A DNA stretch of 64,000 nt, the filler included, from Basidiobolus ranarum (Eukaryota), in NCBI GenBank assembly GCA_040143965.1. It is 19 parts of 19 records of this genome, joined end to end, with 100 filler letters (N's around TTAATTAATTAA, not from the genome) between each part and the next. Parts side by side here need not be neighbours in the genome. Positions count along the whole stretch, not along the records: positions 40,690 to 43,965 come from JASJQH010009469.1; positions 44,066 to 47,340 come from JASJQH010009470.1; positions 47,441 to 50,715 come from JASJQH010009471.1; positions 50,816 to 54,087 come from JASJQH010009472.1; 15 more parts are not named here. One strand, written 5' to 3'. A program made the position numbers and the translations under genes. Each line of letters starts with the position of its first letter. Within the stretch, counting starts at the first letter, position 1. A model generated the notes under the pieces. The model was not told where the DNA came from and made no database searches. It worked only from the letters and a program-made list of their open reading frames with translations. Shown piece by piece: positions 40,690-52,611 of this stretch.

Positions 40690-41205
40690 CTCATTGTGAA
40701 TGGTAACAAGAGTCAGCTATTTGCCAAGTGTCGGTGCTATTCAAAATTTCAGATGTTTAGCAATTTTTCCACTGTTAGTTTGCTGGTAAAGTATATTGAT
40801 GTTGTTGAGGTATGTCTAATCAGTCAAATATGTGCATATGTAGAGACTAAACACAACTATATTCTTGTATTTTTTAATTCTCATTTTCGCTGGAATATAA
40901 AGCCTAAAATATCTAAATAAAGGCATGCATATTAATTTGAATTCCTATAGCAGTAAACCCAGTAATTTGCCATTCAAAATTATATTTTTGCAAAAATTGT
41001 GGGATATTGAATAACACATGCCAAATTGGAGGATCAATATTTTAACATGTATGAGGACTATCAAGATACCATCAAGAAACCTCTATCACACCATCCAAAT
41101 ACCTGGCAGAATGCAAGCCAACAATTATGATAGTTCTCTGATGGTTTTGCTATTTCAGAGAGTGGATCCGATCTGGATCAAATCAATTTTATTTTTGTTA
41201 GAGGG
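40690..41205 (+). mobile_element. 3' terminal fragment of the CACTA-like element, ending ..ATTTTTGTTAGAGGG
   Basis: Same subterminal sequence as above. It abuts a transposase fragment (EFPM..TCGE) at about 41205-41349. Confidence 0.8.
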
Positions 41206-41349
41206 AGTTCCCAATGTAGTGCACCTGTGGTGAAACAATGCTCTGTTTGAATTTGTCAGTTTTACTGTTTGCTAATCAGATTAACAATGCATCAGTAAAA
41301 TCCATGATGGATGTAATATGATGGGTTATGGAGATTCCAGAGTATATTA

Positions 41350-42160
41350 TGTTGAAATTAGGTAAATACCAACTCATTAATTAGTAGTCAGTTCATTCTT
41401 GTTCTGATTATTTAGCACTCAATTCTGTCATTGAAAAATGTGTGTTTATTGCTCTAATTGATAGAAATATTGATTGGAATACTTTTGCCAATTTTCAGTG
41501 CTTTATCAAAGCTTCTCCAAATCACCTCAAATTTTAACTCATGCTTGACAGAGAAGTTTTTTATGATCTCAGCATATCCAAAAGTCCTGCTTTATAGTAA
41601 ACTATAAACAGCACATATTCAATTCAACATAATATATGTGTCCAATTCCCAAATCCAAATCTTGTGCAAAACACTTCCAAATCCCCTCAACTCTTTTATC
41701 AGGTAATGAGCCCCAAACTTGCTGTTGACAGAATGTCTACCAGTACTATTTCAAGTTTTTTGCCTCTGTGAAGAAGTTTGATGGTGAAGACTTTCACCTT
41801 TGGAAGTTCAAGATGTAAAAAGTGCCAGAAGACAAGGACATTTTGCAATTTGTTACATGAGAAGAAATAGAACAAAAGGTATTACCAGAAGCTATCCTTA
41901 CCTTTCACAAGAACCAGAGGAAAGCACCCTCTACATTTTGTCTACATCTCAGAGACTCTCAATTAAGACTCATACAATCAGCCAAAAATATCCAAAATGG
42001 TTGGGAAACACTTGAGGGATTATATGAGACTAAAAGCCTAGCTAATGGGCTATATCTTAGGCAAAAATATACTTAATTCAGATGAATTTATATGATTCCT
42101 TGCTTAATAATATATATCTGTTAAAAGCTGTGGCAGATCAGCTCATCCATTGGAGCACCT
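41350..42160 (+). mobile_element. Copia 5' LTR (41350-41701), PBS (41702-41713) and decayed gag
   Basis: TGTTGAAA...TATCA, then GGTAATGAGCCC, then ATG..KKFDGEDFHLWKFKM. Confidence 0.82.
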
Positions 42161-42164
42161 CACC

Positions 42165-43190
42165 CATAGCTGACTCTTGTTACCATTCACTATGAGAATA
42201 AGATCATGGATTTTGGCAAATTTATGTAAAGAATTCAGCCAATATATCCCCAACTTGCAGTCAACAAATGTCCTACCACAAGTAGATGTGTCACTGCTTG
42301 AATAGATTACCCCATGGCTTAAACAACGCTACTGTATATCTTGATCTATTTCACCAAGAAGTCTGTCCTGCAGCTTTCACGGAAATACCATCAGATCATT
42401 AAACAAACAAATCAATCTGAATTATTGAGGTACTCACTCTGTGTCCTTGGATTGGGCTTTGTTGCTGCCATTGTTCTCAAACAATGCAAAAAGCCATGAG
42501 CACATTGAAAAGAACCATTTGTTGAACGGTTAATATACTCCAGAGTCTCCTTAACCAATTGCATTGCTTTCATCACTGATTTTGTGGATACATTATTAAT
42601 CAGATTAGCATATGGCAATACTGATAATTTCACATGGAGCATCATTTCACTGCAGGTACCCTTCACTGGGAACTCCAAGAATGTATAGCATGGGCCTATA
42701 ATATCTAAGCATTGTGAAAGATGTAGCAGGTAATATATTGAGTAACCACATAGATTTAGACTACCTTCATTAAGCCTGTGATAGAGTTTTTTGAATCCAA
42801 TTACAAAATCTTTGTGCAGTTGCTGTATTTGCCTGAGATCTACCAATGTGAGTTGATGCCATAAGAATATATTAACAATATTCACAAACAACTCCCAATG
42901 TTGCCAATACATATCAGGCAGAAATCTTTTCAAGATTCCACCTGAATATATACAAATCCAATACTTCCAGACTTTGCATTTGAATAAATGCCAAGATGGT
43001 TGGATATCAATGGGAGTCCTGGTAAAATATGACAGTCTCTTGGCATATTCAAGCATGTTCCCAATTGATTTGCACTCTGATCTTATTTCAAATGGCATAT
43101 TGATATTTAATTTTCCACTATATAGCTGAGTAAGTAGTATTCGAATGTTGTTGAATAGTAAGTGCATAGTGCCTAATGGGAGGCTCTGGC
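42165..43190 (-). mobile_element. CACTA/EnSpm-like transposase, best-preserved copy
   Basis: MHLLFNNI..FTRTPIDI..FKCKVWKYW..YS..LP..YWQHW..FV.GFKKLY..YLLHL..GPCYTFLEFPV..PYANLINNV is the fungal tnp2-like C-terminal consensus. Confidence 0.85.
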
Positions 43191-43855
43191 TCAAGATGAA
43201 CTTCCAAACTGTTTCTGCTTTGTTGTTAGGTAGAGCTCTGGCTTCCACCCAGCCACTAAGTTCATCTCTGGCAACAATGAGATACTTTTGTTGCCAGCTG
43301 TATACATATGTACAAGATCAATTCCCACCTTCTGCAATAGTGCTGGTACATAGGTAGGATAAAGTGGTTCCTTGCATCTTTTGGATGATCTCCTTTGGCA
43401 TGCATCACATGTCTCCCCATATGCTTTGATATCATGATATTGATTGGTCCAATAGCATCTTAGTGTTGAGTTCTTCAAAGTAGCTTCTCTGCCATGGGCT
43501 CCTCCTGGCTCTCCTTCATGGATCTTTAGAATCAAAGATGACTCTTCTTGGTATTTGTCCTGCCTTAACCTGCTTGAAAAGTAGTCCATTCCTTACAAGA
43601 GAGTGAGGGGCTTTCTTCCTGAGGTTTCTGAGTTGCTGGGGATCTAAGATGTAGGGTCTCTGTAATGCAGTCAAATAATGGACAATATCTCTCTATTCTT
43701 CTGCAACAACATTTGTTTTTGCTGGTATGTGTACTACTTTGAAGTCAAACATCTTGAGCCAAGCCATCCACCAGTTGGTAGCATCATCCAGTAGGTCTGG
43801 TTTGTTGATCATCCCAATAAGTGGTCTTGCATCTGTTCCAAGTATGAAGTGAGTA
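43190..43855 (-). mobile_element. Ty3/gypsy RNase H and integrase fragment
   Basis: HFILGTDARPLIGMINKPD..WMAWLKMFDFKVVHIP..NVVA, IHE..GAHGREAT..YW..CDACQRR, EARALPNNKAETVWKFI. Confidence 0.88.
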
Positions 43856-43965
43856 CCCCCTAACAAAAATAAAATCGATTTGATCCGGATCGGATCCACC
43901 CTCCGAAATAGCAAAACCGTCAGAGAACCGTCACAATATCGTTGGCTTGCATTCTGCCAGGGATT
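43856..43965 (-). mobile_element. CpG-intact 3' terminus of the CACTA-like element, inserted in the gypsy fragment
   Basis: CCCCCTAACAAAAATAAAATCGATTTGATCCGGATCGGATCC... aligns with 40070-40173 and with the reverse complement of 41095-41205. Confidence 0.8.
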
Positions 43966-44065
43966 NNNNNNNNNNNNNNNNNNNNNNNNNNNNNNNNNNN
44001 NNNNNNNNNTTAATTAATTAANNNNNNNNNNNNNNNNNNNNNNNNNNNNNNNNNNNNNNNNNNNN

Positions 44066-47000
44066 CATTCTGACCTATGTGGGCCCATGAAAAACATCTC
44101 ACTAGGTAGGAGAAGGTACTTTATGACCTTTGTTGATGACTAAACAAGATATACTTGGGTATTCTTTCTCAAATTAAAATCTGAAGCCTTAGCTACATTT
44201 GAGCACTATAAAGCAATGGTAAAGAAAAAATCAGCACAAAAAGTAAGTGTACTAAGGAGTGATAATGGTGGAGAATACTGCTTTAAAGACTTTACTAGTT
44301 TTTGTTCTGAACATGGAATGAAGCAACAAAGTACTTTACCTACAGCAAAATGGAGTTGCAGAACATACTAATAGGATTATGATGTAGATGGCAAGATCAA
44401 TGTTACAAGATCAAAAGTTAGATTACCAACATTGGGTTGAATCTGTCTCCACTGCAGTCTATATCAAAAACAGATGCCCAACAAGATTGCTACAAAATGC
44501 TACTCCATTTGAAGCCCTATATGGATCAAAACCAAGTGTGGATCATCTCATTGGACAAAAAGGCAATTAAGTGTATGCTGTTTGAATTTTAGAACAAAGG
44601 ATATTATCTACTAATTGCTGCCACAAATTGGATTATCTACTCCAAATATACTATATTGATTGAAGAAAAACTCAAATCTTTAAATCAAGTGAATTTAATT
44701 TTGGCTGAAAATCAATATCTCAATCCCACAAATTCTGAGTTAACAAGTTCTGAAGCTAATTTTGATCTAACAAGTACAGAAATCAAACAGGAAAATCATA
44801 AACTAGAAATAGACACTGGAACTAGGCCAAATTTGGATTCTGAAACTATCAATTATATTATTGAAATTTGGAAAATATCATATTTGGGATATGGTTTTAA
44901 AAAGCAATGGTCACAACCATTACAGGAAGAAAAATCAAATACCTATGCAGTTATAACAGAGCTGAATTTAGCAATGAAGCCATGACTAGCTTTTGTCATG
45001 ACAAGGGAATTCAGCAGCAATTTATCATTACATATAGTGAAGAACAAAACAGAGTTGCAGAAAGGATGAGCGGGACTTTATTAGATAGAGCATACAAAGT
45101 GCTGATTGATGCAGATCTGCCTAAGACATAAATGGGTGTTGCTACTTTAACAACTACGTATCTCCAAAATAGAAGTCCAACACATAGCAACCACAACTCT
45201 AAAACTCCTATTGAAATCTGGACTGGAAACAAGCTTAATCTGACTCTTCTCAGAATATTTAGTTCAACTATATATGCTCATATTCCTAAGTCTTACCCAA
45301 GGAAATTGGATAAAAAGGCAATTAAATGTATCCCAATAGGATATTGGAAAAAAGGCTTGAATCTCCTAATTGCTGGCACCAATGTAATCATCAGCTCCAA
45401 AGTTACTATATTCATTAAAGAAAATCTCAAATCTTTTTGTCCAGAGAATTGATTTTGGCTAAAAAGCAATTTCCAAAAAACTCAAATTCTGAGTTAACAA
45501 GTGCTGGAACCAATTTTGAGATAACAAGTTCTGCAACCAACTTGGAAAATGATACATTGGAAGTAAACATTGTATTTAGGTCAAATTTGGAATCTGAAAG
45601 TATCTATCAACTTTATCCAAATTTATAAATGTCACATATGGGACAAGGTGCAAAACATCACCCACTGATAAGTACATGATCAAAGTTAAATTGTTACCTA
45701 TCCATGTGGTAAATATTCTTAGCAGAAAACCAACAAGCAATAATCCTATTGCAAACTTGGCAACAAGTACTGAAACCCAGGAGAACAAACTATTATATAG
45801 TAATGTGAGTCAAGCAGCTATACAAGTGATGAAACATTAGGCAAAATTGGAAATGCACCAAGTTATACCACAAAACCTGATAATGACTCTGAAGATTCTG
45901 ATAATTTGGAACCTGGAAATCATCATATAATCTCTTCTAATACAAAACATGATGCTCAGAAAAAGGATACCTTTTGGGCCAATCAGGAATCAGCAAAAAG
46001 GCAATAATTGTCTGACCAATAATGTGCCCAAGAAATATCCCACACTCAATATGGTTGATAATCAATTAGCAATCAATTACTGGAAGTCTGCAATCAATCA
46101 AAGCAAGTATTCAACCAATCACAAAATTTGGGCAATATGATCTTAGAATTCATACCAAGTCAAAATCAGAAATGTCCTGGGAATGGCAAATCAAACCTTT
46201 CTACTGAGGACTTTGGATATTGCATATCAGAGCATGAAATCAACAGATTCCATTCTACAAAAGGGTGAAATAAATCTGCACATTCAGCCTTTTCTGAACC
46301 AGAAAATTTGACACAAGCTCTGAAATCTGTTGAAGCATTGCAACAGAAAACAGTTATTGATAATGAAATTTGCTCCCTAATCTAGCATTGACTATGATGA
46401 AACAGCTTCTACCATTGCTAAGTTGATCTCAGTCAGAGTAATCCTAGCTATTGTTACTTACTAAGGTACCTATCTATTGTTACTTACTAATGACTGCGGA
46501 TTGAACACATGGAGGTAAAGACAGTGTTTCTAACTGGAGAATTTGATGAAGATATATGCATGGATAAACCAGAAGGCTATATTGCAAAAGGAAAAGAACA
46601 TCAAGTATTTAAGTGGCAGAGATTTTTATATGGGCCTAAAAAGGCTCCTTCTGCATGCAGTACTAAAATAAATCAGATCTTCATCAGGCATCTTCCATCA
46701 TAGCATAGCTACTCAATGAATATACTTCATGACCATCACAACCACTAAAGTCATAACTGCTCTCAATGTTGATATTCTCATAGTGGCTGGTAACTGCTCA
46801 AATCTGACAAAACAAACCAAGACCTAGCTATCTACAAGTTTGAAATGACAGATCTTGGATCACCAGCATATTTTCTTGGAATAGAGACACATTGAAATCC
46901 AACATTGGAATACTCTATATTACAAATGAGAAATACATTGGACATGCTTTAAACAGGTTCAATATGTCAGATTGTAAAATAGCTTTGAATCCACTATGTA

Positions 47001-47340
47001 TGATGACACTCACTAAGAATATGGATCTAAAAACCTCTGAAGATATTAAAATGATGAAAATTTTCCTTACTGTAGTGCAGTTGGAAGTCTCACATATGTA
47101 ACAACTGGTACTAAGTTTGACATTGCAACAGCTGTCAGCATAGTTAGAAAATATATCAAAATCCTGCAATTGACATAAGATAGCTGCTTTACAGATAATA
47201 TACTATCTGAGATGAACAGGACATCATGGAATTCAATTTAGCAAGCAGTACAACATGTCACCCATATTGGAGAGATAGGCTGATGGATACAAAGTTAACA
47301 ATATAGAAGACCATAAGTCCTGAACTGGATATGTGTTTAA
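44066..47340 (+). mobile_element. Mosaic of decayed Ty1/copia integrase and RT fragments
   Basis: HSDLCGPM, LRSDNGGEY, QNGVAE, AVYIKNRCPT; a second integrase QNRVAERM; RT MEVKTVFLTGE..PEGY, FEMTDLG. Confidence 0.9.
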
Positions 47341-47440
47341 NNNNNNNNNNNNNNNNNNNNNNNNNNNNNNNNNNNNNNNNNNNNTTAATTAATTAANNNN
47401 NNNNNNNNNNNNNNNNNNNNNNNNNNNNNNNNNNNNNNNN

Positions 47441-47918
47441 CTCCAGTTTACCAAGCTTCTGTCAGTTTGGATGGTACATGTGGGAACGGAGTCGAATGTC
47501 CTACCGGATCTTGCTGTTCTACTTGGGGCTTCTGTGGTACTGGATCGGCATTTTGTAGTGGCAATGGAGGGAATGGCAACGCTAACAGTGACGGTAATGG
47601 AGGGAATGACAACGCTAGCAGTGATGGGAATGGAGGGAATGGCAACACTAACAGTGATGGCAATGGAAATGGGAATGGTGGCGGCAACAGTGATACTAGT
47701 AACCCAAATCATGATCACCAAACACCGCAGAACCAATCTAATCCTGAAAATTCTCTGGAAGTACACCCCAACAACCAACAGCAACTACTCCAGTAGCCAG
47801 CAATCCCGCTCCAGCCCCAAGTAATAATAACCATCCAAACGGAGGAGAATCACTTTTCACACCCCTAACAGTATTGAGTGGTGTAGCCATAGTGTTAGCT
47901 GGGTATTTAAGTCACTAA
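47441..47918 (+). CDS. Hevein/CBM18 chitin-binding protein with Gly-Asn linker and a GPI-like tail out of frame (5' truncated)
   Basis: DGTCGNGVECPTGSCCSTWGFCGTGSAFC is CBM18. After a frameshift near 47752 the reading continues SGSTPQQPTATTP..NGGESLFTPLTVLSGVAIVLAGYLSH*. Confidence 0.8.
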
Positions 47919-48907
47919 CTTTAAACGAAATCGACCCTTTAATCGACTAGAATTGATTTGAAATGCTACAATACTTGAAATAAATAACCAACAGGTGTAT
48001 CTGTAATCCTTGAGCTAAATACCATCAGAATGGTGTTACTGAAACAATTGTCACCTATCTTGTTGTAATCATATCTCTTCTATTCAAGGAGGGAGAAGTA
48101 TTTTGCCCTGGGTGAATCTGTCAAGAATGAGATATGGAATATTTGTATTCAAGTAAATTTCTGAATGCATATTTTCTGAATGCACATATATTAACAAGTC
48201 ACTAGTTGAAGGAAGATAGCACCTAAATATCGGACCCTTTTATCTGTCTCAAAAAATCATATCTTTCAGACCGTCTATTTACTTACTTTCCTATGCTTAG
48301 CCTAGAAGAACCCTAAATCCAACATAACTACTTTCTTCTCACTGCATCACTTCACGTCAAGATATACTAGAATGTCTAAAGGATCAAACCTACGCCTGTC
48401 CTGGTACACAGTTTGTCTTGAAGGCGGTTAAGATCGCCTTGGCAACAAGGTTGAGAAGATTCGAGTTTCATCCTATGGATAACTAACCAGTCTTTTATAC
48501 CTTTGCTGCACGGAAACCTAGGGAGTTTCAAATCTCACTCGTAGAACTGAGCTTAGGGACCTAACCCCTACCTCATTTCAGTTACCCTTTCATTCGTTGA
48601 TCTCCTGAACTTAGCTGACCACTCCATGGATCGTCAAGCCCCATTCATTGGATGCAGTACGCCCTATGTATCATTATATAACTTGATGGTGATATTCTCA
48701 GGCAGGTGTAATGGTACCGTAACATATATTAAGAAATATTTCACTTTGGTTGATTATTACGCGCAATATCCGGAGATCAAATAAATTGGAATGCAAAAGA
48801 ATGTAGTAAAAATATGTTTATTGAGGATCCTATATACAAATATTCATTAACAATATGCATTAATAAGTGTACTTTCATATAGTATAATATTGTTAGATGG
48901 AATCACA

Positions 48908-49864
48908 TTATTGGCTATTCTGACTGTGTAGAAATTTCGCGTATTGTTCTGTTTTGTAGTCGTCTAGCTGGTCTAAGAGAGACTGTGTTTTCTTCACTAG
49001 CATCTTTCTAGTGCTTCGCACAATATCTGATCCCATACTATCGACTTCATCTATGCGAATGAGCATCTTGAGCAGAGCATCTTCGTAACCGAGATAATTT
49101 TGATTTTCTTTTACCGGCAATACCTTGGCTGGATCCTCAGAAGAAGAGGCAAATACAAGTGAATGCTTGAAAACTCTTCCAGACTGCCGTTCGTGAATGG
49201 TATCAACTTCTGCCTCGTAAGCCCGTAACTTTCGCAGACAACTTAGAATCTCTCGTGCCTCACGTATCTTAATTCTTGATGAGATAAATTTGCTAATTTT
49301 GCTGGATGCCTCATTTAGCTGCTTTTGATGATGGAGACGCCAATGATACTGAATAGCTCTGGCTGCCTCATTTCGCTTCTGAACTAGCAATTTTCTATTT
49401 TCCGCTAATGAAGCACGTTGTCTTTGCTCTTGTTCCATACGAACTTCCTCTTCATCTAACTTTGACTTGTGAGTATCATCACGAAGAGGTGTCTTGGCAC
49501 AACACGCTCTTGTGCAATTTACTGGCCGACTTTGTGGTTGTAGGTGTCTTGAGTTCATTCTTACAGGAGCGAAGGGATGTACAAAGGTATTGTGTTCCGA
49601 ATCTAGTAACTGGTCGTAATCCCTTTCACTTGGACGATATCTAGCAGGTCGAATATAATATATATCAGGTGACGGTGTACGATAATATAGTGGATAGGAA
49701 GCAGAACAAGCTACTCTCCGCTCAGGAACGTAGTACTGTTCCGGCTGGGCTCGACGGTAATATACCCGGGGGTCATTGTAAAATGATTGACGTTGTTGGA
49801 TTGGATAACTAGGAGAGGATGCATATGGATAGCCAAGAGTATGAAATGGCAAGAAAGTAGTCAT
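48908..49864 (-). CDS. IQ-motif plus BAG-domain co-chaperone (intronless, 318 aa)
   Basis: IQ-like AARAIQYHWR; BAG-like YEDALLKMLIRIDEVDSMGSDIVRSTRKMLVKKTQSLLDQLD; Tyr/Pro-rich N-terminus. Confidence 0.85.
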   Translation of the reverse strand: MTTFLPFHTLGYPYASSPSYPIQQRQSFYNDPRVYYRRAQPEQYYVPERRVACSASYPLYYRTPSPDIYYIRPARYRPSERDYDQLLDSEHNTFVHPFAPVRMNSRHLQPQSRPVNCTRACCAKTPLRDDTHKSKLDEEEVRMEQEQRQRASLAENRKLLVQKRNEAARAIQYHWRLHHQKQLNEASSKISKFISSRIKIREAREILSCLRKLRAYEAEVDTIHERQSGRVFKHSLVFASSSEDPAKVLPVKENQNYLGYEDALLKMLIRIDEVDSMGSDIVRSTRKMLVKKTQSLLDQLDDYKTEQYAKFLHSQNSQ

Positions 49865-50398
49865 TGCTTGATTGATGACTTTGTTGACTATATTTTATTA
49901 GATAAAAATAAATTGACAGAAGCATTCAGTATTTATGAGAAATTCCTGGACTGATTAGGTATTTTCAGTTAATTCTAGCGATTCCTAGTAATTTCTGGTG
50001 ACTTCTACTTTAATCTAGAGTGTTCTCTGTTCGCTTATTCATCTGGTTATTTGCTTATAGTAATGATGATTGATTTGATTAATCATCCGATCATGTGTGT
50101 CATTCAATCCGAATTTCTGGATACATCATCTATTAATAACCAATTCATAGCATGTTCCATTGTATTCAAACAAATACATCAATTGTTATTAAAGAATTTT
50201 TCAAGGTATTCGGTTTACGTCCAAATAATGATTTCAAAGAAAATACAACTGGTCAAGAAGTAAATAATAGAAAAGGCATATTTATTCAAGATTGGCAAAG
50301 GATGATATAGCGTGTTTATTTACGAATTTACACCAGGATTTGGTTGGATGTGACTAAGTTTAACGTATGTTTACAAATATGGTACTTTTGAGTGGTAT

Positions 50399-50715
50399 TT
50401 ATTCAACCGTAGTAACGAACACCATGGTTGTGGACTCAGCTTGGCTAGGTTGCTCAGTTGGAGTAGTGCTTTGAGTAACAGTCGCTTCAGGTTGATCACT
50501 GGTAGTGGCTGTCTCGACAACAGTAGTATCAGCGGGACTACCAGATTGAGAATCGGTAGGTGTAGGGGTTTGTGTACTATTCTTGAGATATGGACAAGCA
50601 TCCTCAAGATATGTAGCAAGCTTCCAATTCTTCAGGTCAGCATATTGTGGCTCAAGCTGCTTGATATCTGAATACCAGGTGTCGGCACAAGGAGGGCATA
50701 ACTGCTCGGGATTTT
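50399..50715 (-). CDS. 3' end of a probable secreted protein with Cys domain and Ser/Thr-rich tail (absent from the ORF track)
   Basis: Open frame from the contig end: NPEQLCPPCADTWYSDI..EDACPYLKNSTQTPTPTDS..TTMVFVTTVE*. Confidence 0.7.
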
Positions 50716-50815
50716 NNNNNNNNNNNNNNNNNNNNNNNNNNNNNNNNNNNNNNNNNNNNTTAATTAATTAANNNNNNNNNNNNNNNNNNNNNNNNNNNNN
50801 NNNNNNNNNNNNNNN

Positions 50816-51011
50816 GGGGGGAAGAGGCCGGGGACGTGGTCGTTTTGGAAGAGGTCGCGGACGTTTTGGCCGTGGCCGGTTTGGTAGAGGTGGAAGGTTT
50901 GGTCGTTTCGGTGGTCGCGGTTTTGGTAGATTCGGAAGATTCGGGAGATTTGGTTATGGTGGATACGGATGGAATGATGACTGTGGTGGAGATGATTGTG
51001 GAAGCTGCTAG
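50816..51011 (+). CDS. Gly/Arg/Phe-repeat secreted precursor, copy 1 (3' end only)
   Basis: GGRGRGRGRFGRGRGRFGRGRFGRGGRFGRFGGRGFGRFGRFGRFGYGGYGWNDDCGGDDCGSC*. AATAAA about 100 bp downstream. Confidence 0.85.
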
Positions 51012-51874
51012 TCGATATTTACCAGCAATCTGACGATCTTGAATGACACTTCAGAACCTCTTTATACCTTACTTTCACCCCATAGTCTACTATTCCTTTT
51101 GCCTAATCAAATAAATCGATTCACTGTCCGTCTTCGTACCATGTTAGGGGAATATTTTAATCACCACTGATATATTTTTTAGCAGAACTCCAATGGAGCA
51201 CAATAAGAACTATTGAATTGCCCCCCGTACCTCACTATGCGAGAAGTGCATCATTCTCTCCTCAAATGGTATACAACTCTGGGGAGTCACAGCCTAGATA
51301 TCCTAAATACATAGCGTAGGGTATCAAGTGCTGCCAAGGTAAATGGAATGTATAATTAGACGGCCTTTGAAAAACGTTATGATATGCTAAATGTTTGTAA
51401 AAGTTTGAGCATGCCAGTAGCAAGGGGGCGCCTGAATTATATTGCGTGAGAAACACACCTTTGGGTACATCTCATTAAATATCAGATCAAATACTGGTTT
51501 CTTCCTATTTAGTGCTTTTAATATATGTATCTAAGCTAAAGTATTCAATACAATTAGTTCGTCTTACCGACTGCTTTTGTAAACAGTCGATTGATTTGTT
51601 GGTCAGAGTAAAACTTATCACTACCTGTTTCCAAGAAATATATAGCAGCCTATGTTGTCATTTATTAGTCTTGATGGAACTGTTTTATACTATATGGCCT
51701 TTGTTTTAGGCACAGGAACGTAACATTATGTTCAGGTGAATCGCCCACCTCTCCCTAACACAACCCTTCTCACTACTTTAAACTCATTAATGTAAAAGCA
51801 GTGAATACAGAACTCTAATATCAGCTATTTCAATATGACGGCGTCTTCGCTGTGACAAAATTCAGTATCCAATG

Positions 51875-51881
51875 TATAAAA
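51875..51881 (+). promoter_or_regulatory. TATA box of copy 2 (equivalent TATAAAA at about 53529 for copy 3)
   Basis: TATAAAA about 75 bp upstream of both ATGs, within conserved upstream sequence. Confidence 0.6.
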
Positions 51882-51949
51882 AGACCATGTATTACTTGAT
51901 TTTCATACAGCCTCAGTTGCTTTTCAACTATCACTTACTGGTATCAAGG

Positions 51950-52611
51950 ATGTATCTCAAAGCTACTTTTTTCAGTGCCATATTGTTAGCATCTCTAACC
52001 AATGCAGCCGACAATAAGCTAAGCTCACCTTCTGATCAACCTATTGAATTCTCTGCATCTAATCTTCCGTCAGATGAGAAGACTGTAATTGATGCAGATA
52101 TCGATTTCTTTGTTCCTGACTTCATGTTGGACAAGGAAGTTGAACTCACCCCCGAAGAATCCCAAATGCGTCGTATCAACTAAAAAAAGTATTATCTCAC
52201 TTGTCTAAAGCCTCTGGAGTGAAGAAGGGAAAACTCAACCCACTCAAGGTCAAGAAAGTTGGTAAACTTGTGACAGGGATGAGTCCTGAAACAGGTGACC
52301 ATGACACTCGTAACTCTACCTCGCCTGCTGTGGACAGTGCAGAGGATAACGATATCGACTACAGTGTAGACGGTGAGGGGAACACAGATTTAGATGCTTC
52401 ACCAGAAGAAACAGAGTTACGACGAGGAGGTCGTGGAGGTCGTGGTCGCTTTGGCCGTGGTCGCTTTGGCCGTGGCCGGTTTGACGAACGTGGAACATTT
52501 GGTCGTTTCGGTGGTCGCGGGTTTGGTAGATTCGGCAGATTTGGGAGATTTGGTTATGGTGGATACGGATGGAATGATGATTGTGATGGAGATGACTGTG
52601 GAGGCTGTTAG
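51950..52611 (+). pseudogene. Gly/Arg/Phe-repeat secreted precursor, copy 2 (full length, 1-nt deletion at about 52180)
   Basis: Signal peptide MYLKATFFSAILLASLTNA. AAC-TAA here versus AAC-CTA in copy 3. Tail ELRRGGRGG..FGYGGYGWNDDCDGDDCGGC*. Confidence 0.8.

Noticed and set aside
42412-43248. 278-aa ORF as a novel integrase-transposase fusion protein
   Set aside because: It is a chance in-frame junction near 43190 between a decayed gypsy integrase and a CACTA transposase fragment; both parts are truncated and mutated.
44066-47340. Classical ascomycete RIP (CpA to TpA)
   Set aside because: CA and TG dinucleotides are abundant; the missing dinucleotide is CG.
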